Shown here: positions 38,037 to 50,585 of the stretch, one piece after another
Layout: each line of letters opens with the position of its first letter
Numbering within the stretch: the first letter of the stretch is position 1
NCBI GenBank assembly: GCA_013265495.1
Contig: MU057847.1
Coordinates: 269,260-333,259, forward strand
DNA from: Vicugna vicugna
Taxonomy: Eukaryota
Direction of reading: 5' to 3'
Length of the DNA stretch: 64,000 bases
The notes under the pieces: generated by a model
The model's database searches: none
Seen by the model: only the letters and a program-made list of their open reading frames with translations
What the model was told of the DNA's origin: nothing
Translations under genes and position numbers: made by a program

Positions 38037-39032
38037 GTCTCTACCATTAAAAAGAGCGTGGATAATGTAAATATAAACTTATTCATTAAATTCTTCAATG
38101 CTAGAAAACTAGCTTACCAAAAATAACATATCAAATTAAAGAAGCACCAGCACTTCTCTGGAGATCAGATTTATCATAACCTCTGCCATAATATAGCCAC
38201 AAACCTAGAAGAAAAAAAATCATATAAATAGCATTTCAAATTGCTATCATAAGACACATGAACTTCACAGGAGATGCATGGGATCAGCCCTTGGTCAGAC
38301 AACTGTATGTTAGAAGAATCTAGAATACACTGATCTCAGCCTCTGATGCCAAAAAGAGTAAAGCAGGAAACTAAATGAGATAGAATTTTAGAAGCACAGA
38401 AATCTGGGACCCATTTAATAGAGAATGACATATTCCTACATGCCCCACAGGTCCAGAGCAAAAGCAGATGGTCATTATGGCCACTCTGAGTCACAGAACA
38501 AGGTTATATTATGCTCTGAATCATCTGTTTAAGAAAGCAAAGCAATGAATGATGTAATCTCAAAAAAGGAAAGAAAAACTCAACAAAGGAAATGAGTAAA
38601 TGCAAAACAAAGCAAAAAAACCATCTTTTCACTGTCATGCAAAACCCCTACTTTGAAGGTTCCAGCCACTATGCTATATCATCCACTCCAGGTCCTTGTC
38701 GCTGTCACTTACACAGGAATGATATTCACCAGGGTGGATAACTCACTGCTAGCACTCTCTTACCATTACCGTCAACACCATTCCCACCATCTCCTTCTGC
38801 CTTACCTGCCACACAACTTTCAAATCTGGATCAATGCAATCACCCACCAGTGCTGTTTCTATGTCCTGGCTGCGGAGCCCTGGGGGAGGAAAGAACACAA
38901 TGGTACAGACAGGATCACCTTAAAAAGCATGGTCCCTGTGGAACAGTACATAGCAGTTATAGATGCAAGAAACCTATATGTGCTGGTATGGAAAAATAGT
39001 GAAGGCATCTTAAATTAAAAAGCAAGTGATAG

Positions 39033-39793
39033 CACACCCCTGAGTATGGCAATCATCAAAAAGATAGATTCTAACAAGCATCAGAAAGGTTGTGGAGAAA
39101 CTGAAACCCTCATAGGCTGCAGGAGGGAATGTAAAATGGTGCAGCCACTTTGGAAAACAGTGTGGCAGGACCTCAAAATGTCAAACATAGAGCTACTGTA
39201 TTACCCAGTGACTCCACTCTTAGGTATACACTCAAGAGACATGAAAATATATATCCACACAAAAACCCCTGTCATTGAATGTTCATAACAACATTATTCA
39301 TAAAAGCCAAAAAAGTGGAAACTACCCAGTGTCCACCAACTAATGAACAGCTAAAGAAAATGCGGTCTGTATGTACAATTGAATATTATTATTCAGCAAT
39401 AAAAAGGAGGAAGTTCTGATTCATGCTACAACATAGATGAATCTCAAAAACATGTGCTAAGAGAAACAAGCCAGTCACAAAAGACCACATGTCATGTGCT
39501 TCCATTTCTGTGAATGTCCAGAATGGGCAAATCTGTAGGGACAGAAAGGAGATTAGTGGTTGCTTAGGGTTCGGGGCAGGAAGTGGGGATAAGGGGGTGA
39601 TAGCTACAGAATACAGGATTTCTTTTTTTTTTTTTACAGGATTTCTTTTTGAGGTGACGAAAATGTTCTAAAAACTGACTATGGTGGTGGTTGCACACAT
39701 CTGTGAATATACTAAAAAATACTTGATTATACACTTTTACTGTGCAAATTGTATAGTATGTGAATTATAGCTCAATAAAGCTGTTATGTTTTT
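39033..39793 (+). mobile_element. L1MB 3' end inserted into an older L1ME-like fragment (~38930-39965)
   Basis: ORF2 C-terminal remnant and 3' UTR ending 'ctcaataaagctgtt'. Perfect 16 bp TSD aaaaagcaagtgatag at 39017-39032 and 39794-39809. Confidence 0.93.
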
Positions 39794-39969
39794 AAAAAGC
39801 AAGTGATAGAACAATGCATGTACTACGAGCTCATTTACATAAAAACCAAACTACATATGCATGTAATATAAACATTTGCTAATGTATGTAAATATACAAA
39901 GATGATTTGGAAGGCTACCCACCCATCTGCTAGCATTGGTTACTTCTGGAGAGGGAAGTGGGGCTGCCT

Positions 39970-42535
39970 TCTGTAATATCACACTTTGCTGTTTCTCCTC
40001 CTACCACCCTAGTTGTTCCTTCAAGTTGCTTTTGTAAGCACTCCTTCCTCTGCACATCCCTTTAGAATCTCACTTTACTCTTCAGGCTTTCCTTGAAGTG
40101 ATCCTAAGATCATATATTTCCCACAGCTTCAAAAACCTCCATCCAAATCTTGACTCATTCATTCAACAAATATTCATTGAGCACTTACTAGGGAATGTGC
40201 TAGGACCTCTAAGTCTTTCCTCTACTTCATCTCCCATCCCTCAGCCAGCGAATTCCACCAGTCCTATCTCCAATAAACAAATTCATCTCTCTCAACTTCT
40301 CTCCATGTGCTCGGCCTCCACTGTAACCCCAGTCACTCTCGTCTCTCCCTAGATCACTGCAACGGTCTCCTCCATGGTTTCCCTGCTTGCAGAAGCCATT
40401 CTCCACATGACAGCCAGAGCCAACTTTTAAATATATAAATCATATCATATCAATCTCCCTGTTTCAAAGCCCTCCAAGGACTTCCAAATACACTTTGTAT
40501 AACATGTAAGCTCTTTACTTTGACCTAGTAAGACAGAGCCCTTTCCCAAGTCTCTGACCTTATCCCATTCTGCCCTCCTTGTTTGCTCTGCTCTCAGCTA
40601 TAATCTGTCCCCTCCTGAGGGTCTCTGTATGTGCCTAAGTTGTCCTTTCATCAACCATATCTCAGCTCCAGTGTCACCTACTCAGAGATGCCTTCCCTGA
40701 CCATCCCAACTGAGCAGGCCCCAACCCTAGTCTCATCACATCACCATTTTCTTTTTCTCCCTAGCACTTCTTGTCATCTGAAATTATGTTTCACTTGCCA
40801 GTTTGCTTGTGTATTATGTCTTCCCCACCACTTGAATGTAAGCTCCACAAGAGTGACAAATCTATTTGTCTTGTTCCTGCTGAATCTCTAGCATCCAGGA
40901 CAGTACCTAGTAAGTACTCAGTGAATCTTTGTTGAATTATGAGTCAGGATATGGATGGAGGTTGTTGAAGCCATGGGGAGTGTATGCTCTTAGGACCACT
41001 TCAAGGAGAGCTTGAAGAGTAAAATGAGATTCTATGGAGATGAGCAGAGAAAGGAATCCTGACAAAGGCAACTTGAAGGAACAATCACAGTGTTTGATCC
41101 CTAGATTTTTGGCTTAAGCAATTAGACAGACAGTGGGTGCCACTCACTGAGACTGAAAGACAAGGGGAAGAGCAAGTGGGGATGGGGACTGCTTCAAGAA
41201 CTGAGCTGTGGACATGTTACATTCGAGAATATTAAGTCAACTAACTGGAGATCTTAAATAGATGGCTGGTTGTGGAAGTCCAGATAGACCTCAGTGAGGT
41301 TTTCAGGGCTAGAGACAGAAGTTTAGAAATTGAATTCATCAACACAGATACAGTATTTAAAGCCTTGGGAATAGACAACTTAGGAAGAAAGCAGAGAATG
41401 AGAAAAAAGGGGGGCTGATGCAGAGTTCCAATGTCTCCCACATTTGTATCTCTAGTCCTAATCTCTTTCTTCCACGAGTTCCAGAACCACTATCAAATGC
41501 CTTACATAAACCCAGTATGTCCCAAAATGACTCCACAGACTTCTCCACAATTGGTCCTCCTTCTGTATTCTCTGTCATTTATTCATCAGGTGACTGGATC
41601 TCTTTGTAACATCTCCAGTACAGTTCCCCACCCTTCCGTCCCCATAATAGTTTCTTTAGGTCATCAATCTCATCATCTCATGCCTAGATTACTACAATTG
41701 ACTCTTAGCTGGTATCTCTGTCTCCAGTCTTGTCCCCCCACAATGCTGCCTAAAATGCCTTGATCATGGTACCTCACTACTTAAAACCTTTTGATGGTTT
41801 CCCATTGTTCAAGATAAAGTACAAATTCTTAAACTTAACATATAAGGTCTTTCAGCATCTGCTTCCTACTGACCTTTTCAACCGTATGTTCCACTAACTC
41901 TCTCTCCCTTATATCCTAGGCATCCCAATTTATCAATTGCCTTTAGTTCTTTGGACTCATCATCCTTGTTTATGTCTGTCAACACATACCTGCTGTGCAC
42001 CCCATTACTACCTGTTCTCCAGCTCTATGAAAAGTTTCCAGATTGCTCTCCAACCAAGCCAACTTGATCTCTTCTCTCTTGGTGTCTCCTCAGTATTCTG
42101 AATATGCTTCCACCTTTAGTGTCTATAATACCTTATTGCATTTCTATGTTCATGTAGCTCTCTCCTTCTACTAGCCTATAAGCTTAATGAGGGCGGGGAT
42201 GGTACTTACCTCTCTTCCTTTTCCCAGTACCTAATATAGTGTCTAACATATAGTAATCACATCAGCCAATACTTATCAAGTGCTTATAAGTGCCAAGTAA
42301 TTCTATAAGTGCTTTACATGTACTGATTCGTTTAAACTTTATGACCCTATGAGGCAGGTACTATTATTATGCCCAGCTGACAAATAAGGAAATAGAGACA
42401 GAGAGGTTAGTTTACTTACCCAAGGTCACACAGCTAGTAAGTAACAGATACAAGCCCAGGCAGTCTAGCTCCAAAGTCTGTGCTTGTAATCACTAGTCTC
42501 TCAGTAAAGATTCAGTAAATGCCTATTCAATGAAC
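39970..42535. mobile_element. Cluster of L2 fragments in alternating orientations plus MIR (-) at ~42265-42495
   Basis: L2 ends 'cattcattcaacaaatattcattgagcactta' (-) and 'aagtactcagtgaatctttgttgaat' (+). MIR 'cttacccaaggtcacacagctagtaagt'. Confidence 0.8.
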
Positions 42536-42844
42536 AGGAAGTTGGAAATGTGGGGCATGTGATTTTTTCATGTTATTATTCTGACCTTGACTATTTCATC
42601 TTTTCTTTCATTAAAAAATCTCATTTCATTCAGGGCTCAGACACAATAAAGTTACAAAATCAAATAACAGATCCTTTGCTATGGAGCTCAAGGGAGTCAA
42701 TAAGGGCAAATGTCATTATCCTCACACCTCCAGGCACTTAGCAAGTCAGTTTGATTTATTGATGCTCAGTGACTAGGGCCAAAGCACAGGAAAATAAGAA
42801 AGAACTAAACAGCATAACATCTTAACATCAAAACAGCCTGACAG

Positions 42845-43080
42845 CAACCATTTACTGAGAGCCTCACCAAAGCCCGGCACTTTGTAGAGAGTTTTAGATG
42901 GATTACTTCATTCAGTCTTTCCAACAGCCCTCTGCGATGTATGCACTGTTGTGCTCTCCATCTTACAGATGAGAAAATGGGTTCAAAGAGGTTAGGTAAC
43001 CTGTCCAGTGTTGCAGAGTTAGTAAGTGGCAAACCAGGATTTACTCCAGGGCTGCCAGCTGCAGAGTCTGTGCTTTGAAG
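42845..43080 (-). mobile_element. MIR
   Basis: 'ccatcttacagatgagaaaatgggttcaaagaggttaggtaacctgtcc'. Confidence 0.85.
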
Positions 43081-43126
43081 CAGGGTGGCAGACCACATCC
43101 ACGCGCCAGTGTCAACTGTGACTCTC

Positions 43127-43342
43127 GGGCTGCGCTGTCCTCATTGGACAAATGCTAGCCCCATGCAGCTGGGTAAATTTAAATCAATTAAATTAACTAC
43201 AACTGAACTAAAAATTCAGTTCCTCAGCCACACCAGCCACATTTTAAGGGTTCAAAAGCCACAGTTGGCTAATAACTGCCATATTAAAGAGTATAGACAA
43301 AGAAAGTGTCCCTCATCACAGAAGGTTTCATAGACACTGTGG
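43127..43342. mobile_element. MER3, opposite orientation to the copy at 37816
   Basis: 'aaaattcagttcctcagccacaccagccacatttt...catcacagaaggttt'. Confidence 0.75.
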
Positions 43343-44445
43343 TTCCTGAGTGCACGTGCTATGACAGGGTCGGCTCTGCAAGCTTCTTCCAAGCTCTGTC
43401 CCCTTTTCTCCACCCTGCCAATGTGGCTCTTCTCACTCCAGAGTCTCGGGGAAACTTCGAGGCATACGTTAAGGTAATAACTTTCATTATCATCCCCTCC
43501 ATCATTCACATCCTCAGCAATATCACCCTCTCTATCTACTGCCTGCAGTTCATCCTCATGCCCCCTCCCCTCTCCAGGTCTGGGAAGACAGAGATCCCTT
43601 AATTCATTCTTATTCTGCCCCCAACCAACCCAGATGACTGGATGGGGAGGACAGACATTTTACAGCCACAAGTATGAAAGGTCCCCCGGAAGTAGAGCTC
43701 CCTGGCTACTGTCTGCAGCCACGCTCTGTCTTACCACCTGCCACCCGCTCAGCTCTCCAGAGGGCGGGCTCACCCTAACCCTGGCCCAGCAGGCTGCTGA
43801 GAGGCAGCCGCTTGTGGCCACCATGACTCCAATGTGATTTTGGAGCTGGTGAAAAGGACCTGGAACTTTTTTAAAATCGCATGTTACCCAGTGTAAATGA
43901 AATCTGATAGGATGCTAGAAGGCAGGCTGGTTATCTATAATCTGCTCTGCACACTGGGGCAAGTCGGGAAGAAAGGAGACAAAGCAGCCAGTGATGGGGT
44001 GCTAAATAAGATACGCTCCATCACTGTGGTCATGGAGAACAGACAACGCAGCTTATTAAAGCCAGTAGATAATCCCAAAGGCACTCTGGATCCATTATAT
44101 GACCCAGCCACACCTTACCTCTGAACCTCAGCAAGTTTATCCATCTAACTAATTTTTCTCAGACTGACATTAAAATGAGTATATATTTTCCAGGCTGATT
44201 CTAGCTGATGGCTGGAGGAAGTGGGCAACAGCATGCAGACCGGGAAGGGTGAAGACAGCTTAAATGATCTATTTGCCAGAGAAAATCTCAATGTAGGTAT
44301 TTAAGGGTCACCTGTATGCACTGTCCATAGGAATCTGCCTGTCAAAGCAACTAAAGAGTTGAGCTACCTAAGACTCTTCTTGGAGGCCCACACCAAAGGT
44401 GTAGGAAATCATCAAGTCGGCAGCCTCCAGCTGGATGTCTCTTAC

Positions 44446-44546
44446 TCCGTGATGCTGCCAGTCACAAAATCAGAGACACCCTGCTGATTCCCAAGAGATA
44501 CGCATGCGGAAGCCACTTCAGACCAGCTCGTGCCACTTAATGTGGG
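44446..44546 (-). other. Candidate 101 nt exon of an unidentified minus-strand transcript
   Basis: Minus acceptor cttccccgcctttctttccctgctacag| and donor GGA|gtaaga. Several CpGs retained. One open frame, PTLSGTSWSEVASACVSLGNQQGVSDFVTGSIT. Confidence 0.35.
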
Positions 44547-45964
44547 CTGTAGCAGGGAAAGAAAGGCGGGGAAGGCTCTGTCCCCATCCCTGTGATGTGT
44601 GGGCAATACTGCCTCTGAAAACACAGCTGTAAAATGGGGACAGTAAGCAACATTCAGGATTCTGATTGGGTCATGCTTGAAGTGGGTAGAGCAGAGTGAT
44701 AATGGAGTATGGAAAGGACTAGGGGCCAGGAGTCAGAATCAATGTTCCTGAAAGCAAGAGTACTCGCAGGAGACATTTATTGGTTTCTGTCTTCCCTCTG
44801 AAAGGAAGAAAGTAGGTCAACTCACTCAAAGAACTGTGACCAGGAACAGTGGGTCTGAGAGGGAGTCATTCACTGAGCCCTGCCAAGATGAAGCGGTGAG
44901 AGACATGCCTTACATTTTCTGGCATTTGGCTGAGGACACTTGGCCTTGGGAAAAACTAGGGCTGTTGATCCCTTGGTGTGTATTCTCTGAAGGCCCTTGG
45001 AGTTGGGTGCAAGGGGAGACTTGCATTCGAAAATCAGCAACTAAATGGTTGGCTGGCGTGAGCTGGCAGGCACGGGAATGTTTATGAGCAAACTGTGCCT
45101 GCTTTGGCTTTCAGACAAGGTGGACAAGGCTCGGGGCAGCTGGGCTAAATATAGCCAGCACAGGGGGCCCAGGAAGCAGGAGAGCTGGGTTTCATTTCCA
45201 GGTCTCTCAGTTAACCTGGGGGCAAACTCCCTGAGTGTCTTTCTTTCATGTACTGATTCATTCGTAGTGAGGCAGGAGTACTGAGTAAGTTTTCTCAGGC
45301 CTAGAGAAGGGGTCACACTGAGTCTGCTGCATTCTCTTGCCTCACCTTCCCTCAAAAGATCCAAGTTTGGGGAAAAAGACTGGCTGTGATTGGATGGAAG
45401 GTGGAGTCGCTGATACATGGATGGAAAAAGTGCAGAGCTAAATACAACCTGCTAGGGCTGCACGAGGCCTCTTGGACAAGGCGGCTGCCCAGGCAGAGCC
45501 AGAGGGAGGCTATCTGACCCCTGGTATAAATGTAGAGGTGGCAGAGAAGCCAACCAGAGGTGTCAGAACTCCTGCTGTATAACGCACAGCTATGAGGCTA
45601 GCAGTGTGAAGCACAGGACTTTAAGTGGGGAACTTTAGCAGAAAATTTAAAAAGCAGGCAGTTTCTGCCCTTTGTCACTGCCCACATGCCATTCCTCTCC
45701 TCAGCAAGATTCTACTTGTATGGAAGCAAAGAACCCAAACCAAGGCAGCTGCTTGTCCAGCCCAGTTAGAGGCAGTGTTCTTAGGAAAAATCTGCACTAG
45801 CCCTGGAGCAGGCGAAACCAAGCCAAAGGGAACTATTCAGTCTTTCCCACCCCAAGACCGTTGGTCCTGCCCTCATCCCTGGACACTTCGACTTAGTAAC
45901 AGAAGTCAGTATATCCTTGTGTGGCAGGAATATCTAGAAGGAGCTACTATTTTTTTCTGATGAC

Positions 45965-46730
45965 ACAATTGGTAAGTGATTATTGTATAAAATTGAAAGC
46001 ATAAAGGAAGATATAAAGTAGAAAATAAAAATCACTATAATCCCATCATCCAAAGATTACTAACATTAACAGCCTTTATGTAAATTTGGAGCATTCAGGC
46101 CTGGATTCAAGCCCTAGCTCTACTGCTTATTTACAGTGTGACCTTGGACAAATTACATAACCTTTCTGAACCTCAGTCTTCTTATTTGCAAAATGAGAAA
46201 AATCATACTATTCACCTTAAAGTGTTGTTGCAAGGATCCATGAATTCACGTAAAGAGGTATCGTAGTCCCTGGCAGATAGTAAGTGATTAATAAATGTTG
46301 GCCATCCTCATCATCATTATTATTCTATGTGCCTACATTCAAAACTATCCACACTGATGGCTGTATGATATGTCATCTTGTGCTGGTACTATTTCTTGAG
46401 TGTTAAACATCTATGTTGTTTTCAAGATTTCACTATTACAAAACTGCTGCAAAGAGCATTCTTATACATATATCTTCTCATACATCTCTGATCATTTCTT
46501 AAACATAAATCTCCTAGAATTGAGTTTACTGGGAAAAAAAGAGTATGAATATCTTTTAGGCCCATGGTACACAAGCAAAATGGCTTTCTAGAAAGGTTGT
46601 ATTCATTTACATTTCCACCAGCAGGACACATAAGTACCTAACTCTTCGTACTTTCACCAACACTGAGTAATAACATTTTTTAAGTATTTGCCAATTTGGT
46701 GTTTTGTTTTGATTTGTATGACTTTGATGA
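45965..46730. mobile_element. Old L1ME-like (-) with MIR (+) at ~46090-46320
   Basis: MIR 'gtgtgaccttggacaaattacataacctttctgaacctcagt'. L1 'ctttctagaaaggttgtattcatttacatttccaccagcag'. Confidence 0.7.
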
Positions 46731-46879
46731 TAAGGGAAGAGATACACATTTTAAGTTAACTCTCTGTTAAACTTATACAGGAACTCACGTGTTCCCATAG
46801 ATGAAATCCATAATGAAGTCTTCAGGGATACCGAAACGAAAACACACAAGGGACATATGCATTAAAATAATTCACATCT

Positions 46880-47001
46880 GGGGGAGGGTATAGCTCAGTG
46901 GTAGACAGCATGCCTAGCATGCACGAGGTCCTGGGTTCAATCTCCAGTACCGCCTCCGTCAAGTAAATAAATAAATGATAAACCTAATTACCTCCCCCTC
47001 C
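46880..47001 (+). mobile_element. tRNA-derived SINE, Vic-1 (camelid) type
   Basis: gggggagggtatagctcagtggtaga...gcatgcacgaggtcctgggttcaatc...aaacctaattacctcccc. TSD aaaataattcacat (46864-46877) / aaaaaaattcacat (47002-47015) at a TT/AAAA site. Confidence 0.93.
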
Positions 47002-47617
47002 AAAAAAATTCACATTTAAGTAGCTGGTATACTTATTTTAAAGCACTTTTAATTGTAAAATATATAGAAAACTGCATGTCTTAATAGAGCATTATAAAGT
47101 AAAAACTTATTATTGTCTAGGTCAAGAAATAGAACCTTGTCAGCTACCTCGGAAGCTGGGTGCATAGCCCATCCCAGTCCTAAAATTAACCACTAAGCTG
47201 ATTTTTATGGTAATCCCTCCATTTTATAAAAAATTTTATCACCCAGGTTGCAATCCTAAGCATTATCCTTTAGTTTTGCCTTTTTAAAATATTTTAAGTC
47301 TCTTTCACTTAGTAACTGACATACTTGTAATAAAAATCATGCTTGATTATAAAAGCATATAACTTAACGAAACAAATGCTCATTGTTGTTGCTTTTTTTA
47401 ATGGTGCTTACAAACACATAAAAATGTACCATTTTCCCCAGGCATATGAGTAAATAAATTATTCTACCTGAAACAGCATATCATTTGGATATAGCTACAT
47501 GTGTTAATAGTTCAGTTTTGAAGTAATGCCTTCAATGTCAGTTAACATTTCCCATTCAAGCTTAAATGTCAGTCACAAGTCAGGATTCTGATTTTCAACC
47601 ATTTTTCCCCCTTCAAC

Positions 47618-47985
47618 CTATTAGATAGGCCAGGGTTCTTCGTTGCCAACTACAGAATCTACTCTGACTAGTTTAAGCAGAAAGGAAATTTATTAAACAA
47701 TATTGGACAGTCCCTGGGACCTCTTGAGATTTGTGAAGCCGGGCTCTGAAGAAGCCAGAAGCCTGGTGCAAGCACACTGCAAGCGCTACTGCGCCAAAAT
47801 TCCCACTGCCTCTACCCTGCAGGAGACACCAACTACCTGTGATTTGTGCCTTCTGTCTGGAATTTCCAGGGTGCTGGTATCTCCCTTCCAACAGCCCCTA
47901 GAAGCCCATCAAAGAGAACACTGGGCTACAGAGATTCAAGCTGCTCAATGTGGCCCCTCTGCTGCCTGCTGGCTTCTCCTGCCCA
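47618..47985 (-). mobile_element. Ancient MaLR LTR (MLT1M/N-like)
   Basis: 'cagggttcttcgttgccaactacagaatctactctgactagtttaagcagaaaggaaatttatt'. Confidence 0.6.
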
Positions 47986-48139
47986 GGATGCTGATATGCA
48001 TACTGGGAAGCACAGAGAAGTTTTCTGCATGTTTTGCCTCTTCTTACTCAACTTTCCAGTAGAATGTAAACCCTTAAGGGCAGAGATCAGCTCATCCTTT
48101 TTAAGTAATCACATACTGATTATTTATTAGTTATCTGCT

Positions 48140-48965
48140 GCATTCATCAACAGATATTTCTGAAGGCCCACCTTGAATCTGCCATAGTGCTAGGTGCTAA
48201 GGATATCACTGTGGACTAGAGAGAAAAAGGTCTTTTCACATTCTAGCCAATGTTGAATGACAGCAAATATATAATCAAATAAACAATTGCAATTTCAGAT
48301 GAGGGGAGGGGCAAGGCTACTTCAGATAGGGTGGTTGTAGACAGTTTCTTGGAGGGGCTGACAGTAGAAGTAAAACACTAAAGATGAGAAGGATCCGAGC
48401 ATTTAAAGAATTAGGCGAAGAACAGTCTTGTACGAAGGGAGGTCACATAAGGAAGAAATACACCCACTCACTGGGTCTGAGGCTGGAGCATGATGAATGA
48501 GCATGGGAGTACAGCATTTGAATTTTAATCCCAGCATGTTGAGAAGCCATTGGGGGTTGGGAATAGCAGGGAATGACAGAATCTTGGTATACTTTTGAAG
48601 GATCATCCTGGGTACGGAGTGAAGAACAGATCATACGGGAGACAAATAGAAACATTAAGAAGGTGAGTCATCCAGATGACAGATGATGTGGTTTGGACCA
48701 GGGTGGTTGTAAGAATGAGAGACAGTCACATTTGGGATGCGCCCAAGAGTCAGACTCAGTGGGAATTACTGATTGGCTGTGGGAGGTGAGAGGAAGGGGC
48801 AGTCAAGGACAACAGAGTGGAGGACGCTGACAGTTGCTGAGATGGAGGAGAGCAGTGAAGGGGGGTTTGAGCTCAGATTTTGACATATTGAGGTGTTAAT
48901 GTCCATGGGACTGGACGTGGCAAGTAGACAGTGACATACGTACGAGTGGAGCTCAGGAGAGGTGG
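48140..48965 (-). mobile_element. L2
   Basis: 'cattcatcaacagatatttctgaa...gtgctaggtgctaaggata...ggagctcaggagagg'. Confidence 0.8.
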
Positions 48966-49026
48966 GTCTTGTGTAATTTCACACTAAGCACTCTGAAAAG
49001 GTACGTGAACCCATCAAGACACAGTT

Positions 49027-49560
49027 TGGAAGAAAGAGTTAACACAGAAGGTCTCATTGATCAGCACTTGCGTGTCTCCAGGGAAGCCTGGCATCATAAC
49101 TGACCCCTGACCTACCCCCAGGACTATGGCCCTTAGAAGGTTCTTATGTCTGATTGATCATGCTGTCTTATGTCTCTGTCCAGAGAAATGGGGCATGTTG
49201 TACCAGCTCAGGAAGACGTCTCAGGATTGTTTCACAAGATTCATGATGTACCTGGTTTCAATGTTGGAGTCCTGAGTTCTATTTGGCAAACGCCTCAGAC
49301 CCTGAGACTTGAGTGGACTTTCCTGGGCACAGACATGTCACAGGTGTCCCTGTGATTTGCCGCCAGGTGCTCCCATGTGGCCCTGGATCAGGAAGAATGT
49401 GGAAGCCTGTGCCTGAGTGATGCGTATATTTTTCCTGCCGCCTTCCTCTGTATCCTCTGTCATAAGAAACCTTTGCTTGGAGTAACACCTGCTGTTGCAT
49501 CTTGTGAGCCCTTCAAGTGAATCGCCCAACTTGGAGTGGTTGTGGGGCCCCCAAAACACA
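49027..49560 (+). mobile_element. ERVL solo LTR (MER68/MER77/MER21 group)
   Basis: 'gaaagagttaacacag' near the start. Ends 'cttgtgagcccttcaagtgaatcgcccaacttggagtggttgtggggcccccaaaacaca'. Confidence 0.72.
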
Positions 49561-50419
49561 GCCTTTGCCTTCAAGGGGCTTCAGTTTTAGCTGGAGTGGA
49601 GAAAGGAAGAAACATGAAGCAATGGTGACCCAAGCAGGACAATACAGCACAGTCCGCCCAAGGATGGGGACTAAGTCTTTTTTCATCATTGCATCCCCCA
49701 AAGAGGGCTGGGGAACAGCGAGGTCCTCCATAAAAGTTTGCTAAACTTAACACAAGATATGGAACTTGCTGGATGGTTAGGATTTTCAGTAAGCTAAGAA
49801 GAGAAGGCAGGCATGCCAATTGGAGAAAACAACTTGATGTAGGCCCAAAAGCAAGAACAGGCAGGGTTTGTTTGTAGAAAGCTGTCCTCTTAGTCTCTCT
49901 GCTCCACAATGCTTGGCTCCGCCACCGAACACTGGGCATTTAATAAAGTCTGCTACTTGCTGGGTCTCTGTATCCAAGTTTGATGGCACTCCCTCTCCAG
50001 CCTCTCCCTGGCTTTTTCTGAGCAGTGCTAAGGATGAAAGGTGAAGGCTCAGCATATTCCTCCTGCACCTACTCAAGTCACTCACAGGAGAGTAAACTGA
50101 GGCAGAGATGTCTAGTTTCAAATCTCACTGCATCTCAGACAATTCGCTGGGCTGATCTCCTTGTGATTCAGCAACTTAAATTCCAGATGGGACTACAGTA
50201 ACTCAATTAATTCTGAATCTGTCAGCTCCAAAATCAAAACTTTCAGAACTTACGTATCTCTAACACAATCTTTCCTTATTCCCTGGGCAGCTTTCAAAAG
50301 AAATCAATTAATAACTACTCAGACTCAGATGAAGGGATCCAAGGAGACTGAGGAAAAGAGAAGGCAGTCTCAAAAATGGACCAGAACATTTCTGTCTCTA
50401 TGAACAGAAAAAAGAATGG

Positions 50420-50585
50420 AAGAGTTAGCACTTGGACCGTAGAGATCATCTAATGCAACCATTGCCCTCTCCCCGTCCAGCAGATGGATAAGAGATTTGT
50501 CTAAGATCACACAGCAGAAGTCCACAGTTGATCTAGGACCAGAACCCAGCTTTTCTGATTTCCAGTCCAGTGTTCTACCACATTT
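50420..50585 (-). mobile_element. MIR
   Basis: 'gatttgtctaagatcacacagc...aggaccagaacccagcttttctgatttccagtccagtg'. Confidence 0.7.

Noticed and set aside
37816..43342. Inverted MER3 pair and opposed L2 fragments as a dsRNA structure or composite transposon
   Set aside because: Copies are old, diverged and about 5 kb apart with no shared TSD. Independent insertions explain them.
43817..43837. Perfect Kozak GCCACCATG
   Set aside because: Followed by a stop after four codons, with no promoter or CpG island nearby.
46880..46955. tRNA-Ala gene
   Set aside because: Has a SINE tail and TSD, and matches the second copy at 16474-16600. It is a SINE, not a tRNA gene.
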